This document shows positions 12,901-24,563 of a stretch of DNA of 64,000 nucleotides, piece after piece. The translations under genes were made by a program, and so were the position numbers. Position 1 is the first letter of the stretch. Each line of letters begins with the position of its first letter. Source of the stretch: Ylistrum balloti. Lineage: Eukaryota. The stretch covers positions 1-64,000 of the forward strand of contig NW_026781911.1 in the NCBI RefSeq assembly GCF_031769215.1, in the 5' to 3' direction. Under the pieces are notes generated by a model. It was not told the origin of the DNA, searched no databases, and saw only the letters and a list, made by a program, of their open reading frames with translations.

Positions 12901-14035
12901 TACATAACCAGGTTATTGGTTTAGTTGGTGCCGTGTACATAACCAGGTTATTGGTTTAGTTGGTGCCGTGTACATAACCAGGTTATTGGTTTAGTTGGTG
13001 TCATGTACATAACCAGGTTATTGATTCAGTTAATGCCATGTACATAACCAGGATATTGATTCAGTTAGTGCCATGTACATAACCAGGTTATTGGTTTAGT
13101 TGGTGCCATGTACATAACCAGGTTATTGGTTTAGTTGGTGCCGTGTACATAACCAGGTTATTGGTTTAGTTGGTGCCGTGTACATAACCAGGTTATTGGT
13201 TTAGTTGGTGTCATGTACATAACCAGGTTATTGGTTTAGTTGGTGCCATGTACATAACCAGGATATTGATTCAGTTAGTGCCATGTACATAACCAGGATA
13301 TTGATTCAGTTAGTGCCATGTACATAACCAGGTTATTGGTTTAGTTGGTGCCGTGTACATAACCAGGTTATTGATTTAGTTGGTGCCATGTACATAACCA
13401 GGTTATTGGTTTAGTTGGTGCCGTGTACATAACCAGGTTATTGGTTTAGTTGGTGCCGTGTACATAACCAGGTTATTGGTTTAGTTGGTGCCGTGTACAT
13501 AACCAGGTTATTGGTTTAGTTGGTGCCGTGTACATAACCAGGCTATTGATTTAGTTGGTGTCATGTACACGAACTACAATATAATTTAATCTTGTTAGTT
13601 TTTTTAAAATATTTACTTGACAAACGAATATCCATGTTATTGATATGGTTGGTACCCTGTTCACGAATAATCAGGTAATTGATTTGGTACCTTGTATAAA
13701 TGAATGGCATTTAAAAAAATGTTATTTGTATTTTCCTAGGTTTAGTTGGAGTCCTGTATGCTAACAAACCAGAGGCCGCCTTCTCTGCCTACAACTTGGT
13801 TCTGTCTTTCGGATTAACAGTTGGTTATATATACTCCAACTATGTGTGTATGGATAGTAAGATATACGTGACTGGGTGTCTGTGTATTATAGGTATGTTT
13901 AGTTATGCAATATTTACAAGGAAGAAACCGTCTTATCAGACGCGGGAAGAAACCATTATAGTGCAAGTAACAGCAAATACTGATGTATTGGAGACCGAAC
14001 AACTAAACACGGACTCGTCCCAAACCGAAGAATGA
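3026..14035 (+). CDS. UNC93: UNC-93-like (MFS-fold) membrane protein; join(3026..3985,6382..6517,12250..12381,13740..14035), 507 aa
   Basis: The four exons sum to 1524 nt (508 codons) with compatible phases 0,1,1. UNC-93 family motifs appear in order: SSINHEDGLG, GASQAAMWTAVSTY, CGPRFC, AFFSGEITK/AFAGCLYGVDMVGY, LWGIGEGIWTT, EAAFSAYNL. Paralogue identity (A vs B1 vs lineage-specific) cannot be resolved. Confidence 0.9.
4943..5605. repeat. Minisatellite, about 10 units of 66 bp (2 x 33-bp subunits)
   Basis: Unit TATATATAGTACAAAACACACAGAAACAATGACTATACATAGTACAACATACACAGAAACGGTATT. Confidence 0.97.
5835..6168 (+). mobile_element. Decayed Penelope-like retroelement RT fragment
   Basis: Reads IIEELFKSGHKDLAKSFYFTFRYIDD (YIDD at 5976-5987), then ELKIKDMTHSSTSAANFNLFL...KLHDKRDDLNFPIVNFPFLDS, with frameshifts and stops. 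This resembles the PLE RT and thumb motifs common in invertebrates. Confidence 0.8.
6382..6517 (+). CDS. UNC93: UNC-93-like exon 2 (AFAGCLYGVDMVGYFVAVYGTSAALTAFTTGFASKIVNRTFLLST)
   Basis: Acceptor TGTAG|GCT at 6381/6382. The translation matches the UNC-93 segment 'xYVSCxLGxxxVGY'. It ends at a GC donor, CAG|GCAAGT. Not visible in the ORF track in this frame. Confidence 0.85.
6820..7080. repeat. Degenerate 38-bp minisatellite, about 7 units
   Basis: Unit GCTCCAGCATCACCCCACCACATCCCCTATAATTAAGC. Confidence 0.85.
7409..7452 (-). ncRNA. Minimal type I hammerhead ribozyme motif (core intact, stem I decayed)
   Basis: The minus strand reads UCAUCA-CUGACGA-GUCC-UAGAA-GGAC-GAA-AC-AGCU-GU-A-CAGUGC: conserved core CUGANGA/GAAA, 4-bp stem II, 2-bp stem III with a palindromic AGCU loop, and a GUA cleavage triplet. 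Confidence 0.75.
9648..9692 (-). ncRNA. Second, decayed copy of the hammerhead motif (core mutated, stem I largely intact)
   Basis: The minus strand reads GCAUCA-CUGACCUA-GUCC-UAGAA-GGGC-AAAA-U-AGCU-GU-A-UAAUGC. Flanking similarity to 7372-7470 extends over about 9611-9710. Confidence 0.6.
10510..11060. mobile_element. HINE/Helentron-like non-autonomous element with decayed internal tandem units
   Basis: Recurrent motifs GGATTTCAACCAAATTTGG, ATTTGATTCGAxxCCTAGGG and GGATTAAAACC at about 140-170 bp spacing. The family assignment is by resemblance to bivalve HINE-type repeats. Confidence 0.45.
11438..11725 (+). mobile_element. Decayed Penelope-like RT fragment
   Basis: Broken frames give FQQSLGKPMRTK, FSYEA, KNLAKTF, YIDD (11584-11595), HSIYPS and RDDF; same family as 5835-6168. 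Confidence 0.7.
12250..12381 (+). CDS. UNC93: UNC-93-like exon 3 (AVVDLFALVAMLIWSAENGDMLYVFSLAFLWGIGEGIWTTHLN)
   Basis: Acceptor TTACAG|CT, donor ACA|GTGAGC; phase 1/1; family motif LWG..IW.T..N. Confidence 0.88.
12833..13569. repeat. 35-bp minisatellite, about 21 units, in UNC-93 intron 3
   Basis: Unit GTACATAACCAGGTTATTGGTTTAGTTGGTGCCGT. Confidence 0.97.
13740..14035 (+). CDS. UNC93: UNC-93-like exon 4 (terminal)
   Basis: Acceptor TTTTCCTAG|GT; reads LVGVLYANKPEAAFSAYNLVLSFG...VCMDSKIYV; stop TGA at 14033-14035. Confidence 0.9.
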
Positions 14036-14364
14036 GGCCTTACATCTCACAATGTCTGACTCTAAACTAAGATGAATTCCAAACCGAGGAATGAGGTTAA
14101 AAAGGATACATTCCAGACCAATCGGTTCAAAACCAAGACACGTACAAGGGACCAGATAGCGTGTCTGATATTTTCAGATCGTACGATATACTACACATGA
14201 ATGGTTCCAACTCCTAGAACGCGGACTATGCCAAAACCCATTAGGTTTGCTTTTACGTCTAAACAATATGCATTATGTCAAAACGTTCAGGACAGAACTG
14301 TAAATGTAATTTCGTTTTAAAATGAAGCTGAGTCGTGGTATGTACAGATCTGTGAAGTACAGAG

Positions 14365-14481
14365 TAATATCGGGACCAACTTGTACTTAGGCGTGTTCGA
14401 CTCTCCATACAGAGGATCGACATTAATATCGGTACCAACTGTACTTAGGCGTGTTCGACTCTCCATACAGAGGATCGATAT
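14365..14481. repeat. About 58-bp tandem duplication downstream of the UNC-93 stop
   Basis: TAATATCGG.ACCAAC.TGTACTTAGGCGTGTTCGACTCTCCATACAGAGGATCGA, two copies. Confidence 0.9.
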
Positions 14482-15594
14482 TAATATGCGTGTTTATTTA
14501 TATGCATTAGTTATTTTCACTTTTACGTGACATCTGTATTTATCATAGCTTAATATTCAGCTGTAAGGTGCCTTGTGTAGTTAACGTACACTAAGATTAT
14601 GGTTAATTGGACATAAAGAGATCTGGTCATTTGAATGGTAATCTAAGAAATGAAATTAGAATTCACGTCACTTTAGCAGAATGTACCAGTAAGCTTTGAA
14701 AAATCCCGCATCAAGACAATCTCAGCAAAAAATATTCAATCACTCTTTCCACATAGATGCTTTCCCAGAGGAACTATGGTCTTGACACTTTTCCGGAAAT
14801 TTAAAGTCTCCGCAAATCGACGTTTCCCTGGAGAACAAATCTTCGAACACCGAGCCATTCTGAGGGGAACAAAAATGACTTCGCTCGCCATCACACCTAG
14901 AGAAAAAGTGAACTTAAAACATCACCAAAAAAGCGTGACGTCAGTCACTGTATTCAATGTTTATTTCTGATCACGATGCTTGTTTTAAACGAATGCGATC
15001 ACAATCGCACAACTAACTCTATACGCGAATCAAATTAACTCATTTTAGATGGTGGATACATTCTGAAGACCAACACATATATAATGTCATTAATCAAACT
15101 TTGGACGTATCATGCAGGATTAAAACACACTCTAAACATCGCTTGGAAGCTGATGACGCCATACTCTCTTGTTAAGGAAATAGAACAAATAAAATGCTGA
15201 ATCAGATGATATTTTGTATAATTTACATGCGTCTGTAAAGCACAGGGCAATCTGAATAAGAAAACCACGAGACACGTATAAAGTAATTATTAGTTATGAG
15301 TATTAAGTAGTACAAGGAAAATCCAATTATTATGACGATGTTTTATTACCTATCTAACGTTGTTGCACTGTGGTCAAACTTGGAGAAATTCTGGTATACT
15401 TGTGTATACGTCATAAGCTACACTGGCACAGATAACAGTGAATTTTCATGTTTTAGACACTCTTTATGTAAACTATTTAATATACCTGTTTATTTTATAA
15501 AAAATGTATCAATTGACCAAAAGATACCTTTTTGAAATGCCTTATATGTTCAATATAACTGTATCTTTTTTTGGGTTATCTACTGATGTTACAA

Positions 15595-16875
15595 AATATT
15601 GTTATACGCCCAATTACAGTATATTGTTACACGTCTAATTACAGTATATTGTGATACGCCTAATTACAGTATATTGTTATACGCCTAATTACAGTATATT
15701 GTTCTACGCCTAATTACAGTATATTGTTATACGCCTAAGTACAGTATATTGTTATACGCCTAAGTACAGTACATTGTTAGACGCCTAATTACAGTATATT
15801 GTTATACGCCTAATTACAGTATATTGTTATACACTTGTATACTTTATATTTTTATACATCTATATACAATATATTGTTATACACTTGTATACTTTATATT
15901 TTTATACATCTATATACAGTATATTGTTATACACTTGTATACTTTATATTTTTATACATCTATATACAGTATATTGTTATACACTTGTATACTTTATATT
16001 TTTATACATCTATATACAGTATATTGTTATACACCTATTTACATATTGTTATTAATTTTGTAAACATTTACGTGAGTATATTGTTATACAACTAGATACA
16101 GTATGTTGTTATACACTTAGGTAAGTATATTATTATATCCATTTATAGAGAGTGTTGTTATACACCTACGTACACTATAGGGCTAGGTACAATATATTGT
16201 TATACATCTAGGTACATTATATTGTTGTACAGCTAGGTACAGTATGATGTTATACACCTAGGTACATTATATTGTTGTACAGCTAGGTACAGTATGATGT
16301 TATACACCTAGGTGCATTATATTGTTGTACAGCTAGGTACAGTATGATGTTATACACCTAGGTACAGTATGATGTTATACACCGAAGTACATTATATTGT
16401 TGTACAGGTATGGACATAATTATGTTGTACAGCTAGGTACATGATGTTGTACAGCTATGGACATGATATTGTTGTACAGATATGGACATTATATTGTTGT
16501 ACAGCTAGGTACAATATGATGTTATACACCTAGGTACAGTATGATGTTATACACCTAAGTACATTATATTGTTATACACCTAGGTACAGTATGATGTTAT
16601 ACACCAAGGTACATTAGAATGTTGTACAGCTAGGTACATAATATTGTTGTACAGCTGGGTGCAGTATAATGTTATACACCTAGGTACAGTATGATGTTAT
16701 ACACCAAGGTACATTAGAATGTTGTACAGCTAGGTACATAATATTGTTGTACAGCTGGGTGCAGTATAATGTTATACACCTAGGTACAGTATTATGTTAT
16801 ACACCAAGGTACATTATAATGTTGTACAGCTATGGACATTATATTGTTGTACAGCTAGGTACAGTATAATGTTTT
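15595..16875. repeat. 25-bp-based composite minisatellite
   Basis: Core CAGTATATTGTTATAC in three successive variant blocks. Confidence 0.93.
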
Positions 16876-17867
16876 GTTACATACATATGAATGCTGACAA
16901 TGAATAATATATACAGTTAAAGACAAGCAAATATGATTAATCATTACCATTCAAGTTAAAATTCCTTTTGTTGATATTTGTAGGTAAAACTCATGTCATG
17001 CAAACGACGTCAATGAACCAAACTATCAACTGGGTTTTTTCGCAAACACATTGACTTATCATATAACGTTCTTAAAACGCCAATAAATAATCCGAATTTA
17101 TCATGGTAAAGACATTGAAATAAAATATGTCTATAATACACTAGTGATAACGAACTACCAAACAAAATTCTATAGAATGATATTATATGGATTACTTTGT
17201 TCTAAGAAACTACATTAGTATTGCCTCCGTACATAAGGGACTGAACAGACGAAGGCAGAAGGAGTCTCAATCAGTTTACATTAATCATCATTATTTTCAA
17301 ACCTTTATGTGTGTTTGTAATATTCTTGATTTAAAATGTACTAAATACTTGTGTCTTTTATACAATCTTCATGATTGCAGGCCGTGCAAGCTGTTGGTCG
17401 ACTTCTAGTCTCAGCTGTTTGCTGCAATATGATTTAATCCATTCAAATAGCGGGGCACGGTAACAATATACACAAGGCATTTTCTGTTTTGAAAATTTCA
17501 AAATGTCCTGAAGTATTGGACTAAAGCACCTCCCCTACTAGAGTTTTACATTTCTTTCGATCATTTTTTTTTCAAATTTCCTCTGCTTCATTAAGTAATG
17601 TCACGTTCTCAAATGAGAACAATTCATATAACAACGGAACCAACATACAAACTAACGAGCATTAAACACGTCTAGCTTCATATGGCACAATGAAATAGAA
17701 CATTTATCAATGAGATCACTATGATGACCGTAAAAATGTTCACCAACCTGCATATTTTGAAACTCTGTGTTATGAGTTTGTCCGTCAGTCGACGAAAATC
17801 ATAATGTGAACAGGCCCTTGAATACCGAATCAAGTACTACATGTAACCAACAATGGTTGTGGATCCA

Positions 17868-18075
17868 TGGTTTGCTATCCAGAAATGGAAAATTCACATA
17901 AGAGAAACTGAAATCATCATGCTTATCATACAGTTTGATGTCCGTGTTGGTTTCGTTGTAGGAAAAATAAAGATAAAGGTTGTGTCCTTGATTTCCCATT
18001 CTAGTGGGTATATACAATGGGCGTGGTCGATAAATCTCTTCTTAGTAAAAGACAAGACGCCATCAATATAAATAT
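17868..18075 (-). mobile_element. Decayed Penelope-like RT fragment
   Basis: YIDGVLS...DHAHCIYPLEWEIKDTT and IKLYDKHDDFSFSYVNFPFLDS (ORFs 17894..18079 and 17799..18017). Confidence 0.8.
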
Positions 18076-18089
18076 GCAAGGTTTATGTG

Positions 18090-18400
18090 ACCGACGTTCA
18101 TTGCATATACCCGCCAGAATTGGAAATACATAAAACAACCGACTTTTCTACATCGACCGCTTAAATCAACCTTTTCTTACAATGAAACCATCGTGGACAA
18201 CTTTCCATAAAGCTGTATGATGAGCGTGAAGATCACAATTTGCATGATGTGATTTTTTTTGTATATTTCTGGATAGCAACATACCTGTATCCGCAACCTA
18301 TGGTGTTTACATGCTACAGTTATTTCGATAGTCTAGGACTTGTTCTCAGAATCACGATTTTCGTAGAAGATGTCGACACATGCAAAATGATGAATATTGT
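18090..18400 (+). mobile_element. Decayed Penelope-like RT fragment
   Basis: DVHCIYPPELEIHKTTDFSTSTA*INLFLQ*NHRGQLSIKLYDERED...FLDSNIPVSATYGVYMLQLFR*SRTCS. Confidence 0.8.
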
Positions 18401-18959
18401 AGAGAAGTTTACGGTCGCCATAATGATCTTGCCCATCAATATTCTATTTCTTTGCATGATATGAAGCTCGACGTGTTTGATGCACTTTCGTTCATATCTA
18501 TCCCAGTTTCATAGAATTTGTGTTTGAATAAAAGTTCCGTTAACATGTAGGAATTTACCTTGTTTGTTTTTTTTTCAAATACGTGGTAATGCACAGTTCC
18601 AGATATAAAAAAATGTAATCCTGGTGCTAAATCTAAACATAGTAAACTCTAAGGTAAAATATACAGGTAACAGAGACCTACAAATAACACTGCGACTTAA
18701 TACTGCTCGAGATGAGTACACAGGTCAACTTTCAAGACTCATAATGCCCACATCAGGAGTAAAATCAACTTCATGTTTCAGACGGACGGACTGACGGACG
18801 GGCGTAGGTAATTACAAAAGTATCAAGACCAAGACATTGTTATATGCTGTGGTGTTTTCTACGGAACCGTATGTGCAAAATTATATGATTTTATGTATTT
18901 CTTGGAGGTTTTGAATACACAAAGTTAAATTATGTTGTTTCTACGTATTCCTGATTAAA

Positions 18960-19280
18960 ATGGCATCTGTTCGTTGAAATGCTGTCTTGGCGATGCTGCG
19001 TTGTGTTGACTATTGGTTTTACAATTGAATTGTTCCATTGCTTGTCGGAACTTTGAGCGTAAATTTCATAGATTCCAATTACTATGATTACTCTTGAGAT
19101 TTGTAGACCTGGCGTTACATCTCGGAATTATTCTACAAACCATAGTTTCTATCCCAATAGATGTGGTGACACTGGTCTGTTGTTCCCAGTCATGATTCTG
19201 TCTCCATACCATAATGTTGGTTTTACCACTCCCTGAAGTCCGTCTTCCATTAAAGTCTCCAGTTACTATGACATGTGCCT
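18960..19280 (-). mobile_element. Decayed LINE apurinic-like endonuclease fragment
   Basis: The minus strand encodes HVIVTGDFNGR (19275-19243), the GDFN motif of non-LTR APE domains. Downstream frames are broken. Confidence 0.5.
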
Positions 19281-19454
19281 ACAACATCAATATGATCGGA
19301 CAAATATATAAACGGAGTTTTGTATGGCAACATTGATTACATACCGTTTATACTCTACCAATCACCCTACTTGAACACGTTATACACTTGTAAGTAAACG
19401 AATACTAACAAGCTCTACATGAAATCCAAAATCTAATCCTCCTGAGTTTAAAGT

Positions 19455-20810
19455 CACACCTCCTACTGTTATAGAGAATAGGCCAGGTGCAGAATACATA
19501 AAGTAAGTCATACCTCCTACTGTTACGGAGATCAGGTGAGGTGCGGAATAAGTCACACCTCCTACTGTTACGGAGAATAGGTCAGGTGCGGAATACTAAA
19601 AGTAAGTCGCACCTCCTACTGTTACAGAGAATAGGTTTCAGGTGCGGAATAAGTCACATCTACTATTACGAAGAATAGGTCTCAGGTGCGAAAGACTAAG
19701 TCACACATCCTACTGTAACGGAGAATATGTTTCAGGTGCGGCATATGTGACTTCTCATTCTCTTGCAAAGAATAGGTTTCAGGTGCGGAATAAGTCACAC
19801 CTCCTACTGTTACAGAGAATAGGCCAGGTGCAGAATACATAAAGTAAGTCACACCTACTGTTCCGGAGAATAGGTTTCAGGTGCGGAATAAGTCACACTT
19901 CCTACTGTTCCGGAGAATAGGTATTAGGTGCGGAATAAGTCACACCTCCTACTTTTACACAGAATAGGTTTCAGGTGCGGAATAAGTCACACCTCCTACT
20001 GTTACAGAGAATCGGTTTCAGGTGCGGAATAAGTCACACATCCTACTGTTACGGAGAACAGGTGAGGTGCGGAATAAGTCACATCTCCTACTGTTCCGGA
20101 GAATAGGTTTCAGGTGCGGAATAAGTCACACATCCTACTGTTACGGAGAACAGGTGAGGTGCGGAATAAGTCAGATCTCCTACTGTTACAGAGAATAGGT
20201 TTCAGGTGCGGAATAAGTCACACATCCTACTGTTACAGAGAATAGGTTTCAGGTGCAGAATAAGTCACATCTCCTACTGTTACAGAGAATAGGTTTCAGG
20301 TGCGGAATAAGTCACACCTCCTACTGTTACAGAGAATAGGTTTCAGGTGCGGAATAAGTCACATCTCCTACTGTTACAGAGAATAGGTTTCAGGTGCGGA
20401 ATAAGTCACACCTCCTACTGTTACAGAGAATCGGTTTCAGGTGCGGAATAAGTCACACATCCTACTGTTACGGAGAACAGGTGAGGTGCGGAATAAGTCA
20501 CATCTCCTACTGTTCCGGAGAATAGGTTTCAGGTGCGGAATAAGTCACACATCCTACTGTTATGGAGAACAGGTGAGGTGTGGAATAAGTCAGATCTCCT
20601 ACTGTTACAGAGAATAGGTTTCAGGTGCGGAATAAGTCACACATCCTACTGTTACAGAGAATAGGTTTCAGGTGCAGAATAAGTCACATCTCCTACTGTT
20701 ACAGAGAATAGGTTTCAGGTGCGGAATAAGTCACACCTCCTACTGTTACAGAGAATAGGTTTCAGGTGCGGAATAAGTCAGATCTCCTACTGTTACAGAG
20801 AATCGGTTTC
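19455..20810. repeat. 47-bp minisatellite (45-bp variants), about 29 units
   Basis: Unit AGGTGCGGAATAAGTCACACCTCCTACTGTTACAGAGAATAGGTTTC. Confidence 0.97.
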
Positions 20811-20929
20811 ATGAGTCTTTCTTGTGAATATTTTACCACCGGGTTTTTTTTTATTTTGAATGAAGATTTTGTTGACATGTCGGTGTTTTTCCTGTTGTTT
20901 TATGTTGTAAGTTTTTTCTAAATATCAGT

Positions 20930-21430
20930 TTCAGTAGTTCCCAATGCCCTATAAAACGTCCATTCTCCATCCTGACAGCGAGAACATAGTCTGGTTGGTC
21001 TCCCACCCTCCGGATTTGAATGAACAGCGAAGACTTAGGGTGATGGAGACTTTCATATTCTTCAGAGTGCGTATACGACTAGCTAGTATTGTTAAGTGTA
21101 TTTTCCCGTGATTTCACGGCCTCGGTCCAGGAAGTCTGTTAACCTTGCTATCTTCAAAATATGTTTCACCCTCTTTTGCTGACCTTTTTTTGTGCAATTC
21201 AGATGCTTCTACTATAAAGCATGCATTGGTGTCGAAACCCAAGAAAATATCACTTGGATGTTTCATTTGTTTCCACCCTATATCTTGTGGGTCATTTCTG
21301 TCTGTCTGGAGAATATTCCAATAGTTTATAAAGATCCAACTAGTAGCAACGCAAACGTAACACTGTCTAGTCATTAAGTCTGTAGTTTGGCTCTTTTGTG
21401 CAATCATGCTAAGGTAGTTTTGGGGGGACC
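20930..21430 (-). mobile_element. Possible decayed hAT-like transposase remnant
   Basis: More GC-balanced patch. Fragments IFLGFDT, FIVEASE and (frameshifted) HILKIARLTDFLDR loosely recall hAT/ZNF862-type transposases. Recognition is by memory only. Confidence 0.3.
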
Positions 21431-21635
21431 AACACATTCAACTCAGTCTACCATTATATCGTAGGTAGATCAAGATTGAAGAATCATTTACATGCACACT
21501 GACAATACTTCGTCAATACGTGGCAGTACATAACCAAAGTGACTCCTCACATTGACATTAATCAACGCTAGATCTGAGATAATACGTAAAGAACAGTGAC
21601 CAGGCCAGTGGTCTTCTGAATCACTTACATGTTAT

Positions 21636-24563
21636 ATCAGTCTTAGGAATCAGATGTACCAGTCTTACGATTCAGATGTACCAGTGTCCTTCAAACTTCA
21701 GTCTTAGGATTCAGATGTACCAGAGTCCTTCAAACATGTCTTAGGATTCATATGTACCAGTGTCCTTCAAACATCAGTCTTAGGATTCAGATGTACCAGT
21801 GTCCTTCAAACATCAGTCTTAGGATTCAGATGTACCAGTGTCCTTCAAACATCAGTCTTAGGATTCAGATGTACCAGTGTCCTTCAAACATCAGTCTTAG
21901 GATCCAGATGTACCAGAGTACCAGTACCAGTGTCCTTCAAACATCAGTCTTAGGATTCATATGTACCAGAGTCCTTCAAACATCAGTCTTAGGATCCAAA
22001 TGTACCAGTGTCCTTCAAACATCAGTCTTAGGATCCAGATGTACCAGTGTCCTTCAAACATCAGTCTTAGGATCCAGATGTACCAGTGTCCTTCAAACAT
22101 CAGTCTTAGGATTCAGATGTACCAGAGTCCTTCAAACATCAGTCTTAGGATTCATATGTACCAGTGTCCTTCAAACATCAGTCTTAGGATCCAGATGTAC
22201 CAGAGTCCTTCAAACATGTCTTAGGATTCATATGTACCAGTGTCCTTCAAACATCAGTCTTAGGATTCATATGTACCAGAGTCCTTCAAACATCAGTCTT
22301 AGGATCCAAATGTACCAGTGTCCTTCAAACATCAGTCTTAGGATCCAGATGTACCAGTGTCCTTCAAACATCAGTCTTAGGATCCAGATGTACCAGTGTC
22401 CTTCAAACATCAGTCTTAGGATTCAGATGTACCAGAGTCCTTCAAACATCAGTCTTAGGATTCATATGTACCAGTGTCCTTCAAACATCAGTCTTAGGAT
22501 CCAGATGTACCAGAGTCCTTCAAACATGTCTTAGGATTCATATGTACCAGTGTCCTTCAAACATCAGTCTTAGGATTCATATGTACCAGAGTCCTTCAAA
22601 CATCAGTCTTAGGATTCATATGTACCAGAGTCCTTCAAACATCAGTCTTAGGATCCAAATGTACCAGAGTCCTTCAAACATCAGTCTTAGGATTCATATG
22701 TACCAGAGTCCTTCAAACATCAGTCTTAGGATCCAAATGTACCAGTGTCCTTCAAACATGTCTTAGGCTTCATATGTACCAGTGTCCTTCAAACATCAGT
22801 CTTAGGATTCATATGTACCAGTGTCCTTCAAACATGTCTTAGGATTCATATGTACCAGTGTCCTTCAAACATCAGTCTTAGGATCCAAATGTACCAGTGT
22901 CCTTCAAACATCAGTCTTAGGATCCAGATGTACCAGTGTCCTTCAAACATCAGTCTTAGGATCCAGATGTACCAGTGTCCTTCAAACATCAGTCTTAGGA
23001 TTCAGATGTACCAGTGTCCTTCAAACATCAGTCTTAGGATTCATATGTACCAGTGTCCTTCAAACATGTCTTAGGATTCATATGTACCAGAGTCCTTCAA
23101 ACATGTCTTAGGATTCATATGTACCAGAGTCCTTCAAACATCAGTCTTAGGATCCAGATGTACCAGTGTCCTTCAAACATGTCTTAGGATTCATATGTAC
23201 CAGAGTCCTTCAAATATCAGTCTTAGGATTCAGTTGTACCAGTGTCCTTCAAATATCAGTCTTAGGATTCATATGTACCAGTGTCCTTCAAACATCAGTC
23301 TTAGGATCCAGATGTACCAGAGTCCTTCAAACATCAGTCTTAGGATTCATATGTACCAGTGTCCTTCAAACATCAGTCTTAGGATCCAGATGTACCAGAG
23401 TCCTTCAAACATCAGTCTTAGGATCCAGATGTACCAGTGTCCTTCAAACATCAGTCTTAGGATTCATATGTACCAGTGTCCTTCAAATATCAGTCTTAGG
23501 ATTCAGATGTACCAGTGTCCTTCAAACATCAGTCTTAGGATTCATATGTACCAGTGTCCTTCAAACATCAGTCTTAGGATTCATATGTACCAGAGTCCTT
23601 CAAACATCAGTCTTAGGATTCATATGTACCAGAGTCCTTCAAACATCAGTCTTAGGATCCAAATGTACCAGAGTCCTTCAAACATCAGTCTTAGGATTCA
23701 TATGTACCAGAGTCCTTCAAACATCAGTCTTAGGATCCAAATGTACCAGTGTCCTTCAAACATGTCTTAGGCTTCATATGTACCAGTGTCCTTCAAACAT
23801 CAGTCTTAGGATTCATATGTACCAGTGTCCTTCAAACATGTCTTAGGATTCATATGTACCAGTGTCCTTCAAACATCAGTCTTAGGATCCAAATGTACCA
23901 GTGTCCTTCAAACATCAGTCTTAGGATCCAGATGTACCAGTGTCCTTCAAACATCAGTCTTAGGATCCAGATGTACCAGTGTCCTTCAAACATCAGTCTT
24001 AGGATTCAGATGTACCAGTGTCCTTCAAACATCAGTCTTAGGATTCATATGTACCAGTGTCCTTCAAACATGTCTTAGGATTCATATGTACCAGAGTCCT
24101 TCAAACATGTCTTAGGATTCATATGTACCAGAGTCCTTCAAACATCAGTCTTAGGATCCAGATGTACCAGTGTCCTTCAAACATGTCTTAGGATTCATAT
24201 GTACCAGAGTCCTTCAAATATCAGTCTTAGGATTCAGTTGTACCAGTGTCCTTCAAATATCAGTCTTAGGATTCATATGTACCAGTGTCCTTCAAACATC
24301 AGTCTTAGGATCCAGATGTACCAGAGTCCTTCAAACATCAGTCTTAGGATTCATATGTACCAGTGTCCTTCAAACATCAGTCTTAGGATCCAGATGTACC
24401 AGAGTCCTTCAAACATCAGTCTTAGGATCCAGATGTACCAGTGTCCTTCAAACATCAGTCTTAGGATTCATATGTACCAGTGTCCTTCAAATATCAGTCT
24501 TAGGATTCAGATGTACCAGTGTCCTTCAAACATCAGTCTTAGGATTCATATGTACCAGTGTCC
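21636..24563. repeat. 39-bp satellite (37-bp variants), about 75 units
   Basis: Unit ATGTACCAGTGTCCTTCAAACATCAGTCTTAGGATTCAG. Confidence 0.98.

Noticed and set aside
14936-14943. Perfect CRE site TGACGTCA in a CpG-rich patch
   Set aside because: About one such 8-mer is expected by chance in 64 kb; no associated start site or gene is visible.
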